A stretch of DNA of 64,000 bases from the human T2T-CHM13v2.0 reference genome, Homo sapiens (GCF_009914755.1 NC_060927.1), one strand, 5' to 3'; counted from the stretch's first letter, positions 1 through 20,171 are shown. Translations and numbers: made by a program. The notes: generated by a model not told the origin, from the sequence alone.

Positions 1-364
<364 letters not shown>

Positions 365-740
365 TTATTTCTGAACCAATCATTATGTCCAGGAAGACAG
401 GATACTCAGATTGGCTTGACTTGAATCACATTCTCCTCCATGGGCCACAGGGGCCAACAACATTTAAGCCACATGGATTGGGTTTTACCACAAGAGAGTG
501 GCTCTTGTCAGGAGATGGAGAAAGATATGAAGGGGAGGGCAAACAATAAACATCTGTTTGGCTTAACAATGAATAGTTATATAACATTTCTTCTCAGGCC
601 TTCAGAGAGGTCCAGTTACTTTGTTAAGATGAGGAATATGAGATAATATACAAAGTGTGGCCTTTAGAAAATGTAATAGCCACAGTGTTAGGAAGCATTT
701 AATGGAGACAAATTAATTTGAGATATTATTATATAGAGAC

Positions 741-997
741 AGTATGGTATAGTTGTTAAGACCCCAGGCTCTGGAAGCAGCCCAAATACATTTAAATCTT
801 GTTTCTACCACTTACCACTTTGTAACCAGAAGAAATAATTTCAACTTTCCTTGCCTCCATTTACTCATCTGTAAAAAGAGAATAATAATATTGCCTATCT
901 CATAGTGTTGTGAAAATTCAAATTAGTGAATACATTTAACACCCTTGGAAACAATGCCTGGCACATAGAAAGTGTTAGATGCTATTTTTATTATTAT
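741..997 (+). mobile_element. MIR SINE
   Basis: MIR core (cctccatttactcatctgtaaaa...aatgcctggcacatag). Confidence 0.8.
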
Positions 998-1507
998 ACC
1001 TATTTTTTTAGGACTGATATGTAGCATGAAACTACTGAGACAGTTAATTCTCTTTCCGAAAAGGACTTTATCTTGATTAATAGCAACATCATTTTTTTTG
1101 ACCCAGTCGGCCAAGCCATAACTAACCATGAACAATTGTAAACATGTCCCAGCAGGTAACGCTCCTATTAAAACATCAGTCACATTGTAGGGAATTGTCT
1201 TTTTGACTCCAGCATAATTAGCATCATAGTATTAGATGCTAATAGTTGCAGTAGTTGCTAGTAAATGCTAATAGATGCAATAGTTCTACAACTGAAGAGT
1301 CATTGTATTTCTTACGAAGCCTAGTGTAAGAATCACAATAATATATGTTGATTACTTACTGTAACGTAGTTCTTTGGTTGAAAGTGATCATATATGATGT
1401 TGGCTATAGTAAGTACAAATATTAAGAAAAAAGAAAAATAAATGAACGTGATCATAATTGATTCAGGCTGAGTTAATCAGAAGAGAATTTGATTGAAAGG
1501 ATGTTGG

Positions 1508-1814
1508 GGCTGGACACAGTGGCTCGTACCTGTAATCCCAACACTTTAGAAGGCCAAGATGGGAAGATGACTTGAGCCCAGGAGTTCAAGACCAGCCTGA
1601 GCAACAAAGTGACACCCTGTCTCTACAAAGAATTAACCGGGTGTGGTGGCACAGGTCTGTAGTCCCAGCAGCCTGGGGGGGCCGAGCTTGGAGGATCACT
1701 TGAGCTCCAGGAGATCGAGGCTGCAGATGAGCTGTGATGGCCCCACTGCACTCCAACTCGGGCAACAGAGTGAGATCCTGTCTCAAAAATTAAGAATAAT
1801 AATAATAAAGAAAG
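1508..1814 (+). mobile_element. AluJ with TSD GAAAGGATGTTGGG
   Basis: Dimeric Alu; TSD at 1495-1508 and 1815-1828. Confidence 0.92.
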
Positions 1815-1961
1815 GAAAGGATGTTGGGAGTTCTCAGAATGAAAGAGGAGCTTAGCCAGCTGGACTTGTGTTGGATTAAAGATGGCAAGGAAATTATTTG
1901 TATTTGTATTCATTCTTTCCTAAAACTATACAAAAATTGATAGTTAATTTTAATTTTATTC

Positions 1962-2263
1962 TTTTTTTTTTTTTTTTTGAGACAGGGTCTTGCTCTGTCA
2001 CCCAGGCTAGAGTGTAGTGGTGTGATCACAGCTTATTGAAGCCTCAACCTCCTCCTGGGTTCAAGTGATCCTTCCATCTCAGCCTCTGGAGTAGCTGGGA
2101 CTGCAGGTGTGCACCACCATGCCAGGCTAATTTTTGTGTTTTTTTGTAGAGATAGGGTCTTGCTGTATTGCCCTGGCTGGTCTTAAACTCCTGGGCTCAA
2201 GCAGTCTGCCCGCCTCAGTCTCCCAAAGTGCTGGGATTATAGGCACCAGCCACCACGCCTAGC
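1962..2263 (-). mobile_element. AluJ
   Basis: Poly-T followed by antisense Alu. Confidence 0.9.
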
Positions 2264-3888
2264 TGATAATTAATTTTTTTAATAGCATAAATATATTCTA
2301 GGACAACCAGAATAGTATTTACCAACCTTAACTTGAGACAGCTAAATCTTTAACCAGCAGTGGGGAAAACGCAGAAGCAAATGATATATATGGCAAAAAG
2401 ACCCCCAAAGCCAATGAATTAGCGGCATCCACTATGTCTGGAGATGGCAATGAAGATGAACCTAAAATCAGGAGGTGTAGTTACATTTATGTTTGAAAAG
2501 CAGTTACGCCTTCAGATTGCCTGTTTCATACTGTTTAACTTGGAATTTGATTCTCCCTTGGGCAAAATATTGGAAATTCAGTTTCTAAAGAAAATAAAAC
2601 AGGGGGTCTCTGGACTAGGAGAATCCAGGCACAGTTAAGGATATTATGTTGAAAACATGAGATTCAGTAAAAAACTTACACATGAATGTTAAGACCCCAG
2701 GCCTGTTTCTACCATGTAGAGCCCAGAACCTTGCAAAGAAAATTACAGAGATTTGGAAGCATATCTATGGAGATTTAAGAACACTGACATGGAAGGATTC
2801 CCCATTAGAGTGGCCCACAGATCTTCCTCCAATGATGTGCATAGCTGACAGGCTTACTCCACCTACTTCCAAACAGCTGGAATATGAATAGAGATCCAGT
2901 GATTGCTAGACATTTGAAGAAACCCTCTAATAGGAAAGACAGGGTTCAAAACAAACAAAGGGAGCTTATCAACCTACAGAAAATCATATATGGAAGATGA
3001 ATAAAACTTCTAAAGAAATTATTATTAGGATCCTAGAGGAATAAAATAAAACACAATATGTATTAAAGAAGCATGGGATTCTATGTCAAGAATGGAATAT
3101 TTAGAGGATTAAAAAAACCTCTTGTACTTTAAAAGTACAGCAGAATAGAACTCAATAGAAGAACTGGGAAAATTGAACTCTTTCTGAAAGTACAGCAAAA
3201 AACAAAAACTAAATAGAAGGAGAATAGCAATAAAATGATCAGAAACTTAGAGGACTGGTTCAACATCTGAACAATAGGAGCTCTGGAAAGAAAAATCAAC
3301 GCACAGGATAGGGAATCAACCGTGAAATTAATTCAAGAAAATTTCCCAGAACAAGCAGACATAAATTCCCAGATTGAGAGAATCCATCAGAAGACATCAC
3401 ATATAATGGAAAAAACCATACCGTATCAGGCATATTGACTGAACTTTCAGAACAACAGGTGAAATAGAAGATAATATTAGCTATCAGAAAGGGAAGAAAA
3501 AGTCACATTCCCCAAACCAGAAATCAAAAGGACTTCAAACTCTTCAACAGTAGTGGGCAAAGTGCCAAAATATTGGAGCAATACCTTTAAAATTCACAGG
3601 CAACATTATTTTCAATCTAGAATTCTATACTCAACCAAACTACAAATTAAGTGTCTAGGTCGCAAGACATTTTCAGATGTGCACCGCTTCAAAATATTTA
3701 CCTCCTGTGAGTCTTCTGTAATTCCTTCTGTGAGTCTAATGTACTCCACTGAAATGGAGTACATTAAGAAATATGAAGATGTGAGATCCTAGAAGCAGGG
3801 AATACTACTCAAAGGGGACGTGAAAGGAGTATCAGGGGAAAGGAGATGATAGCTGCACAGCATCCTGGTTGGAGAAAATCAGGAAGCC

Positions 3889-4203
3889 CGCCGGGCGCGG
3901 TGGCTCACGTCTGTAATCCCAGCACTTTGGGAGGCCAAAGTGGGTGGATCACGAGGTCAGGAGATCAAGACCATCCTAGCTAACACAGTGAAACTCCATC
4001 TCTACTAAAAATACAAAAAATTAGCCAGGTGTGGTGGCACGCGCCTGTAGTCCCAGCTATTTCCCGAGGCTGAGGCAGGAGAATTGCTTGAACCTGGGAG
4101 GCGGAGGTTGCAGTGAGCCAAGATTGCGCCATTGCGCTCCAGCCTGGGTGACAGAGCAAGACTCCATCTCAAAAAAAAGAAAAAAAAAAAAAAAGAAAAA
4201 GAA
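3889..4203 (+). mobile_element. AluSc/Y-like with TSD AGAAAATCAGGAAG
   Basis: Full Alu; TSD on both sides. Confidence 0.92.
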
Positions 4204-4251
4204 GAGAAAATCAGGAAGTCGTGGAAGAAACTTTAATAAACATAGAAAACT

Positions 4252-4631
<380 letters not shown>

Positions 4632-5854
4632 TCATTTTGTGGCTTCACTGGAAATAATGTTTTCATGGCCATCATAATACTGTGTATTGATCTAAATGAT
4701 ATTTTGATACAATTGTATTGGGGGATGGGAAGGTATATGTGTGGGGTTGGGAATTTGTGTGAAAGAGAGCTAAAACCTATTCTTCCAGGGTAGGAAGTTA
4801 ATAGATAAGGTATATTATTTAGACACACAGAGGTATATACCTACAGAATCAATTTAAATAATTGGAATTGGTGGTTTTCTCTGGGAAGAAAATAGTAGAG
4901 AATATGGTGGAGGACATAGAGGAAGGACCATTTTTACTTCTTTTTCCATATGTCTGCCTACCTATCTATGTATATTATTTACTAAGTTTTGGTTAACTAT
5001 TTGACTATTCTGAGTTTCCCCTAATTGCGAGGAATAACCCACCAGTGACTCTTGGAACCAGTTTAGTGGATTATTATCAGCTTTTTTTTAAAAAAAGAAA
5101 TAGAATAGAATAAATATGCATTGCATTTAGTAAAAACAAGTATTCTTTTTGACATTTCTGTCTTATATATTTATGTATGCATAAACTAGAATTGTGATGA
5201 AAATGCGTTTTTTACTATGAGGTACAGTTGAAAATAGTTTAAGAAATGCTGCTTTAAAATATGTCTTCAGGACATAACACTGAAAAAAGGGAAATGTATG
5301 GTAGGTGGCCAATGACCACCCAATGCCTACTGCACTTAACCCAGGCTGCGATCTTTAGGTTTATGATTTCATTAACTCTTCCCCAACTCTTTGAGGAATA
5401 TGCTCATTTGCATCCTCTTTACAAATGAGGAAACTGAAATTGAGGAAAACTAAATCCTTTTCCTGGGGTAAATCTTGGAGTCTGGATTGAAGCCCAAGAT
5501 TCTCCTAAAGAATAGTCATTCTGCCCTACTTCTTAGAATATTAGTGACAGCATTTTCTCCTCTACTTGTAGAAGACATTCCTAAAGTGTTCCCAAAATAC
5601 CTCCTTAGGAAAATTCCCCTGAACCTTCCATTCTTTAACTGTTAAATGGATAAAGAAAAAAGAAATAGAACATATGTCTTTGCTCAGACTCGCCAGTTTA
5701 GTGAGGTGTTTGTATTTATCATTGCTCCCCATCCCTGCTTTAGTTTTCCATATCCTACCATCTTCAAAGTTGGAATACTACACACTTTACTCATTTATTT
5801 TTTCGCTTTTCTCAGGAGCATGTAAGCCCTCTCAGGGCAAGGATCTTTAATCTT

Positions 5855-5999
5855 GGCCAGGCATGGTGGTTCATGCCTACAGTCCCAGCATTTTGGGAGG
5901 CAGAGGTGGGAGGATGCTTGAGGCCAGGAGTTCAAGACTGGCCTGGGTAACACAGTGAGATCCTCTCTACAAAAATTTAATTTTAAAAAAAGAAAAAAA
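5855..5999 (+). mobile_element. FLAM-like Alu monomer
   Basis: Left monomer plus A tail. Confidence 0.8.
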
Positions 6000-6076
6000 T
6001 GTAAAAGGTCTTTGATCTTCTGCACCTACAGAAATATTTGGTACATACTAACAGAAGGCACTCTGTAAAACTCTTT

Positions 6077-6165
6077 TGATGGATGAATGGGTGGAAGGAA
6101 AGATGGATGTATAGATGGATAGGGGGATGGACAATGGATGGAAAGACGGACAAATGGATGGATGG
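6077..6165. repeat. Degenerate (TGGA)n simple repeat
   Basis: Direct inspection. Confidence 0.85.
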
Positions 6166-7095
6166 TCTTATAAAAAGGGCTTTAACCACTGCTTCAAAAA
6201 GTGACAGAGAGGATTTAAAGATATAACTTATAAAAGTGCTGAGCCCTGAACCCAGTGTCTACTCAGTAAATGTTGGCTATATTAGAGTCTCAAATATAAG
6301 AAAAGGGAAAAGCTTCTTTGAAAATCAGTCTAATTTGAGTAAAGAGCTACAGTTCCTTGTGATCCAATGATCCTGTTTTCAGCAACACATTCTCTGGGGA
6401 GGCACCATCTGACTAAGAAACTAGACTCTGCTTTAAATGACAGTTGCCATGGCTAACGGAATGTCTACAGCCAACAAGGAAAGATACTGTGTGCTTGCTG
6501 GCTGGGATTGCAACACCTGATAAGAGGAGGAAGCAAGCCAAAAGCAAGCATGGAAGCAGATGGAACATCTTAGAGAGCCATTATCTCAGAACATGCCGGA
6601 GAAACCAGATACTTTTCAGTTACGCAAGGCCTGTGGAAAACGTCCTGCATGCAGTTCTAACAGTTGGCCACACAGCTGAAATGATGAAATCAAAGACCAA
6701 ACACAAGTTTAATGAGCCAGAATTTTAGAAGAACCATCTTGAACAAAGCCATCATTGCTTTGCTCAACTCAGAAGCAATCAGAATCTTGTTTGCAAAGAC
6801 TAAACTGATCAGAAGAGGCTACTTCATTGATTGGTGCATGCCTGAATGCAGCCATGACATTGGTACACCCTGCTCTTTGTTAGAACGTCACAAAAATGAA
6901 TATGTAAGTTATATGTAATTCCACAAGGGGGCACAATAGAAACAAAAATAAAAATTGATAGGCTTTAATTTTCTCCTGTGCCACCCCATTTTAAGGTAAT
7001 AATTTAACAAAATGAGCAATCTTAAAATCTCAGATTAAAACAGTGTGGAACACTACTTAAGAATGCATATTTATTTTATTACAAACTCCCAATTA

Positions 7096-8857
<1,762 letters not shown>

Positions 8858-9559
8858 CAATTTTTAAAAATAGTAAACCAGTAAGAAAGAGAAAAAAGAC
8901 AAAGAGCATCAGAGCTTTACGTAATGTATGCAAGCTATCTGTTCACATTTGCAAAGACATTCGCATGCACCAGAAGTACAGAGCCGTGAAGGTATAGGCC
9001 TCTTTCTGACCATGTGTTCTGGGTCTGCATGTATTTACAATTAAGACAAAAAATAAAGGTGGCAATGATAATAGAGAAAAGGGTTATTATATTATCCTGT
9101 TTACTCATCTCCCTGCTACATGTGTCTCTATTCTCCTGTTACTACTCCTGCATTTTTGGTTTTTGAATGCTATCCTCATCAGATGGATTCTGGCCCAGAA
9201 TCCTCCTAGAGTCCCTGTTGCAGAGTCAAGTCCAGGCCTCTGGGCCTGATGTTGAGGGCCCTTTGCATTCTGAGTTTACATACTAACTTTCAGCATTATT
9301 CCAAGTCATGAATTTCCCATTCCAGCCACTCTAGTGTGTGTCACTCTTTCCCAGATGCTGTGCACATTACCCTCTGCCATACTGTTGCCTGGAGACAATA
9401 ACCTGGCCATTCTACGCCCCTACCTCCAGCCTCACTTATTAAAATCACACCTAGTAATCTTAGCCCAACACCCTAGTAATCTAAGCTCAGAATTCTCTTT
9501 GCCTTTAACAAATTATTTCTCACAGGCAGACACACACACACATACACACATGCCCGCAC

Positions 9560-10947
9560 AGTCCTGAGATCAGTGTCAATGTGGACTCATGTTTTTTTAA
9601 ATAAATATATAGGTACAGATAAGTAAAGAAGTAATTATGGATACTCAACATCTGTGAAAAAAAGGAAAAGATAAAAATAAGAAAAAGAAGTAATTATGGA
9701 TATGTATGTATACATGGGTTTGTATACATACATGTATTTCCTAGCTCTGTCTACTGTTAGGAGGCTAGAAGCAGTGACACCTGAGTAGCAATGAACACAC
9801 CTAGCACCTAGATATTGGTTTCTGAATTCCATCCTCCAAAGGAACCCAGGGCTCCTGGGAGAACTGTTCATTCCTGGCTGAAGGCAGGGAAAATGCAAGA
9901 TGCCCCTGGAGTTAACCTTATGGTGCCAGAAGGTAAGGATGTGCTAAAAAATATTTTTTAATAATAAAAATAATTTTTAAAAGGAGGGGGTTCATATTGG
10001 AAGAGGTAGGAGCCAACCTGAAAGAGCTCCAAATGACTTGAGCTGGAACAACTTGAGCAACAAAATAAATAATGATAGTATTTAATTATAACACTTAAAA
10101 TAATTTTTCATAAGTCCACACCAATCTAAATAAATAACTGAATTAAAAAAATAAATACATAACTGAATAAATAAATAAATAAATGGAGAAAAATCACACC
10201 TCTTCCTTATAGAAAATTCCAGTTAATACATGTAGAAAGAAGGAGGCAAATAGAAAATCATTGTTAGAGCACCATAGTAATAATTACTGCGGGTAAGATC
10301 TACCTGTGAATGCTAAAATTAAGGAGTGAAAGTTTAACCAGAAACATGATATTTGTATGATTTTTAAAGTATCTCCTCCAAAATATTTAGTAAAGAAAAA
10401 GGGGAAATCCTTAGTTGACTGTGGAGAATATTGTCAGACTCCACCTTTGCCAAGCAATCAAGACTGATATCACTTGGCCCGGTCAACATCGTATATGCCC
10501 AGGCGTGTTTCACCTCTGTTCTTCCCAATAAAGCATAACCTCAATCTAAACATGCGAAAACATCAGACACCCAAATTGAGGGACTTTGTTCTAAATAACC
10601 GGCCAGTGTTTTCAAAGCTGTCCAGGTTATAAAAAAAAAAAAAAAGGAAAGGCTGAGAAATTGTTACAGATTGGAGGAGACTAAGGAGATGTGACAAATA
10701 AATTCAGTGTTTGGATCTTGGAACTGAAAGAGGAGATTTGTGGAAAAACTGGTGACATCTGAATAAGTTCTTTAGTTTAGTTAGTAGTATTTATACCAGG
10801 GTTAATTTCTTAGATTTGATTACTGTTCTCTTGTTATGTAAGATGTTAACACAAGAGAAAGCTGAGTGAAGAATATATGGGAACTCTCTGAACTTTTTAC
10901 ACCTCTTCTGTAAATTTAAAATGATCTCACAATAAAAAATTTAAAAA
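9560..10947 (+). mobile_element. L1MC/L1MD-type 3' end
   Basis: ctagctctgtc...agaagcagtgacacc...gtagcaatgaacacacctagcac, and terminal gggaactctctg...aataaaaaatttaaaaa, typical of old L1 3' UTRs. Confidence 0.8.
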
Positions 10948-11258
10948 CACAGCCAGACACAGTGGGTGAAAATCAGCACAGTCAAGCAGCTTTGACAACA
11001 CATTTTACCCAAAGAGATGTGTGTTTCAGAAATGATGGATGCTTCAAAAAGGAAAAGGGGAAAAAAGGAGGACAGGGACCTCATATAATTACAGAAATTA
11101 AGTATTATCTTGGAATAACTTCTCAAAATGTATTTGGCTTAAGGAAGTGAAAATTTACAAAGATAAAAATGGGTGAATAAATACAATAGAGTACACATAA
11201 AGCAATCTTTATTTTAACTGAAAAAATGCAGTAATGGTATCTGTATTTCTCTTTTTCC

Positions 11259-12447
<1,189 letters not shown>

Positions 12448-12957
12448 TAGGTGATATCTTCTCTTGGCACAAAAAGAGTGTTTCTCTTTTTCTTCTGAAA
12501 CCGTTGTTTGCTCCTCTCTGTTTCCACCTCCTGAATTAATCCTCTTTAATATTTCCTCTCTCTCCTGATTATCAGCAGGCTCATTTTCCAAAGTTTCCCT
12601 CTCTGAAATTCACTTCTGCTTGAATCTGAATGACAACTTTGTCTTTGCTTCTGTTCTTTTCCTCCCCTAGCTCTCTTTCTAGCCCTTTAGTTTGCAGGGC
12701 ATTTTCGAAATGCATGAGAGGTAAGGAAGTGGAATGATGTGCGTAGCAACCTAGCTGTCTTGTCAACAGAGGCCTAGAGGGTGACGTCCCAGACATGCAA
12801 GCAAAAGCAGGATATTCCCGTGATTGGCAATGCAGTGGTTTTCCTTCATGAACTTGAGTCTTCTGCACTTCATTTGTTCACAGATCTTCTCGTCACTTAG
12901 AACCTGTCCTTCTCTTCTACAATCAGCCTCAAAGCGTATTTAAAATTATAGTGGTTA

Positions 12958-13267
<310 letters not shown>

Positions 13268-13879
13268 CTAGCATATACTATGTCAGGCATGGGCCAGGCA
13301 CACAGACTTTAGATGTTACCTAGATACGGAAGATCCCAGCCCTCAAGGGGTTTCTATTCTAGTTAGAGGAGGCAAGCAACAGATGAGAAAATAATTTAAC
13401 CAAAGGCCATTGACTGTGAGACATGACGGAAGGAAGGAAGTCGGGTGGTATGATGAAGAGAAAATGGAAGGAAGGAAGGGGGAGCCCTCTGGGAAAATCT
13501 TTCTAAGAAGGGATGAGTCAGACCTGAGTGTTCAAGAATAATGAGTGAAGTGCTCTGCCTGGCATTTGGGAAGCATTTGGTGACACTTCACCAGCAGGCC
13601 TGGGAAGTTGCTTATCATGAACAGCAGGAGCTCCCTGAAGCTTTACCTGCAGTCTCAGGGAAAGAGGGCAGAATGCGCAGTGACTGCTAATTCACCTACA
13701 TCAGCAGATATGATTGGGAAGCATTAATTTTCACACTAATCACAGTTTTAATACTGCACTAATCACAGTTTTAGTACTTTAGGCAATGATCAAAAACAAG
13801 AGTTCACAAACCTAGAAACTGACTAAAGCATCAGGGGCAATACATGTATTTCATAATCAATAAAGATGCCATTTCTTTT

Positions 13880-14187
13880 GGCTGGGTGTGGTGGCTCACA
13901 CCTGTAATACCAGCACTTTTGGAGGCCAAGATGGGAGGGTTGCTTGAGCTCAGGAGTTTGAGATCAATCCGGGCAACATAGCGAGACCTTGTCTCTCCAA
14001 AAAATTTAAAAATTAGCTAGGCCTGATGATATATGCCTGCGGTCCCAGCTACTGGAGAGGCTGAGATGGGAGGGTCACCTGAACCCAGGAAGTTGAGGCT
14101 GCAGTGAGCCACGATTGTGACACTGCACTCCAGCCTGGGTGACAGAGCAAGACCCTGTCTGAAAAAAAAAAAAAAAAAAAAAAAAAG
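13880..14187 (+). mobile_element. AluJ
   Basis: Full Alu with long A tail. Confidence 0.9.
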
Positions 14188-14298
14188 GATGTCATTTTAA
14201 AGTACATTTGAGGGCCTTATCATCTTAATGAACTTAGGAAATAAAGTGAGAGAGAAGACATCCCAGTCGTAGAGAAGACTAAGTCATTCCAGAAGGCA

Positions 14299-14664
14299 TG
14301 TCTTAGTTCAGGCGTTAAGAACACAAGACCATAAGTTAGGTAGCTTATAAACAACAGAAATTTACTTCTCGGTTCCAGAGGCTGGGAAGTCTAAGATAAA
14401 GGCACCAAAAGATTGATTCAGCATCTGTCTGGTGAGGACCTGCTTCCTGATTCATAGATGGTGCCTTCTCACCGTGTCCTCCTGTGGTGGAAGGGGTGAG
14501 AGAGCTCTCCGAGGCCTTCTTTATAAGGGTGCTAATCCTATTCGTGAGGGCTCCACCCTTATAACCTTATCACCTTTTAGGACTCTACCTCTTAATACCA
14601 TCACCTTGTGGGTTAAGATTTTAACATATGAACTTGGGGGAAACATAAACATTTAGTCCATGAT
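14299..14664 (-). mobile_element. MaLR solo LTR (MLT1A-like)
   Basis: tgtcttagt...acaacagaaatttacttctc...ggctgggaagtctaagat...acatatgaacttggggg...agtccat. Confidence 0.8.
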
Positions 14665-14704
14665 AAGATGATTCCTTTGTTAAATTAGAAATTTATAGCT
14701 TTAA

Positions 14705-15700
14705 TTTTGTTTTTATTTGTTTAAGAGACAGGTCTCCATCTGTTGCCTAGGCCTCTGTGCAGTGGTGTGATCATAGCTCACTGCAGCCTCAAACTCCAGG
14801 GCTCAAATGATCCTCCCACTTCAGCCTCCGAAGTAGCTAGGACTACAGGTGCACAGTACCACACCCAGCTACTTTATTATTATTATTGCTATTATTACTA
14901 TTATTAATATTATTGCAGAGATGAGGCCTTACTACATGGCCCAGGCTGTTTTCAAACTCCTGGCCTCAAGCGATCCTCCCACCTCCTGCTCCCAAAGTGC
15001 CCGATGAGCTACCACACCTGGCCTATTGTTTCAATTTTGTGTTTTCTTTCTGACAGAGGGGACTTAAATATTTGTTTCTATCTAAGCAAAGACAAAGATA
15101 GAAACAAATATTTAAGCGCATCTCAGATAGAGAAGACCCTGGCTGTAGACGGGGAGAGAATTAGGAGCTCATTGGCTTTCTATTAGGATTATTTAGCTCC
15201 CTATCCACTGCTGACTTTGACGGTAATAGAGCAGTAATGAAAGGTGTAAGGCCCTGGAGCCAAAAAAAAATGGATTGTGCTACGCGGTGGAGGAACACTG
15301 GTGACAGCCAACTAAGTTGGAGAGGTAGACGGAGTGTGTATACCCTATGGAGCCTTTCATAGACTATGGTACAGGTGTGACTATTTGAAATGCAGTGAAG
15401 ACCGGGCACAGTGGCTCACACCTGTAATCCCAGCACTTTGGGAGGTGGAGATGGGTGGATCACCTGAGGTCAGGAGTTCTAGACCAGCCTAGCCAACATG
15501 GTGAAACCTTGCCTCTACTAAAAATGCAAAAAAGTAGCCAAGTGTGGTGGTGGGCACCTGTGTTCCCAGCTACTCAGGAAGCTGAGGCAGGAGAATCGCT
15601 TGAACCCAGGAGGCGGAGGTTGCAGTGAGCCAAGGTCACACCATTGCACTTCCAGCCTGGGCAACAGGAGCAAAACTCCATCTCTAAAAAAAAAGAAAGA
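14705..15700. mobile_element. AluJ (-) 14705-15023 and AluS (+) 15401-15700 with TSD GAAATGCAGTGAA
   Basis: Alu consensus matches. Confidence 0.88.
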
Positions 15701-16087
15701 AATGCAGTGAAAGGCCTTGGAGGGGTTTGAGGATAAAAGTAGGATGATTTATTGTAGGTTTTTGTTTTTGTTTCAAAGCCCTCTGGACATTGCATAACGA
15801 TGTAAGGATCAACCCATCAGGAAGGCGTAACCATCTCAAATGAGTGTACACTTCATAACAAAGCTTCCAGTTCCACGAAGCAAAAACATTCCTAGACAAA
15901 TAGAGAAAAAGATAAATTCACAGAGTTGGAGATTCCAACATTCCTCTTTTAATAACTAACTATCATTAGTGGGAAAATGATTAATGATTCCCTAATTATA
16001 CCTGTTGATATAAATGAATTTGCAGTAACTCCACATTTCTCCATCCCTTTTTCTTTGTGTCTGGATGTAAAGCTCCATGGAGCTCGT

Positions 16088-16432
16088 GAAAACCAGTGAG
16101 GATATAGAAGACCTTGACAACACTATCAACCAAGTGACCTCATCAACAGCTATAGCATTTATAGACTACTCCTCCCAGCAACTGCAGCATAAACTTTTTT
16201 TTATCAAATGTACAGGGAACATTCACCAAGATAGGCCGTATCCTGGGCCATAAAACAAGTCTCAGTCAATTCGAAAAGATGGCAATCCTGCAGTGTGCTC
16301 CCTGACTACAAGGGAGTTAACTTAGAAGTGGATAACAAAAAGATATCTGGAAAATTCCAAATATTTGGAAATTAAACAAGACACTTGTACAGAACTGATG
16401 GGTTGAAGAACAAGTCACAATGGAAATTAAAA
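16088..16432 (+). mobile_element. Old L1 ORF2 endonuclease-region fragment
   Basis: gatatagaagaccttgacaacactatcaaccaa...ggaacattcaccaagatag...ctgggccataaaacaagtctc. Confidence 0.8.
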
Positions 16433-16438
16433 ATCCCG

Positions 16439-18534
<2,096 letters not shown>

Positions 18535-19686
18535 TGGGCCAAAAGAGCTTGTTCAAGATCACATAGTTAGTGGTGGAAATGGAATTTGAACGTAGGTTGC
18601 CAGATTTCAAACCTAAAACTTTTAACCACCAAGTCATACTGTCAAACTCAGACTAGAATTACAACAAATTGAAAATGAATTTGAAGGTGCACTGGTGAGC
18701 CCCTGATCGTCTTGCTGCCCATGGCCAGTCTTTGGCTCACACTTGGTGCAGATGGCTGAGCAGGGTTCACTGGAGGTGGGTGCCCAGGTTAGGGTGGTGC
18801 ATGGAGCAGGAGCAGGAAGATCCATTACATTATAGCCAGCAGCATCGGGTACAGAGTACTATTGTGTGCTGCCTTTTAACCCCGCCCCTCACTCTAAAAA
18901 AACAAAGGCCTCATTGCTAGTGCTGGCTAATTTCCATAAAGGAATTAGAATGGCTAATTTTATATCCTTTCGATAAATATCCCACATCCCATTATAACAT
19001 GGCCAACAATGATCCTCTTCAAATTAATACCAGCAGTAATTGCTGCAGAATTAGCCTCTAGAGATGCAATGTTATCAAAAAGTGATTTTTTTTTTGGTCT
19101 TTTGTTTTTTCAGATAAAGAGTAAAAAGTCCTTATGTACTTATTTTCAGTCCAGGTACTGAGTGGATCATATTAGGAAGGTTCAAAAACTTCATTGCACT
19201 GCTTGACTCTGACTACATAAAAGGCTTTTTGTGGTTGACACGTGTTTTGAAGTGCTGTGAGCATTGATGCGAATGGTAACTAATTATACTTGACATTTTA
19301 AAAGCGAAAACACAGAGACTTCTTACAAAACCACTATTTATTGAGTACTTACTATGTGCCAGCCACTGTACTGAGTACTTCGTGGGTTTCATTTCACTGC
19401 ATCCTTTTAACAACTTGGGTGGGTGGTAAACTGAGGAACTTGTCTGAAGTCACGAGGGTATTACCTCAGGCTGCCAAGACTTGAACTCAGGAATACCAGA
19501 CTCACGATTCTTAAGTGCTGTTTTCTCACATTTCTCTGAGATGTACCCTTAGGGCTACTTTTGTGTGTTCCTTTGAAATATGATCTACATACCAAAATGA
19601 GCATGCTGAAACTTTAAATGCTTAGTTTAAGAAGCAGTCAATATTCAGAATTCTTCCTAATTTTGAAATTAGAATCTTCAAATTCT

Positions 19687-20171
<485 letters not shown>

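Noticed and set aside
6382-6909. Cryptic exon between ttttcag and a GTAAGT donor
   Set aside because: No continuous open frame or recognisable homology; such sites are common by chance.
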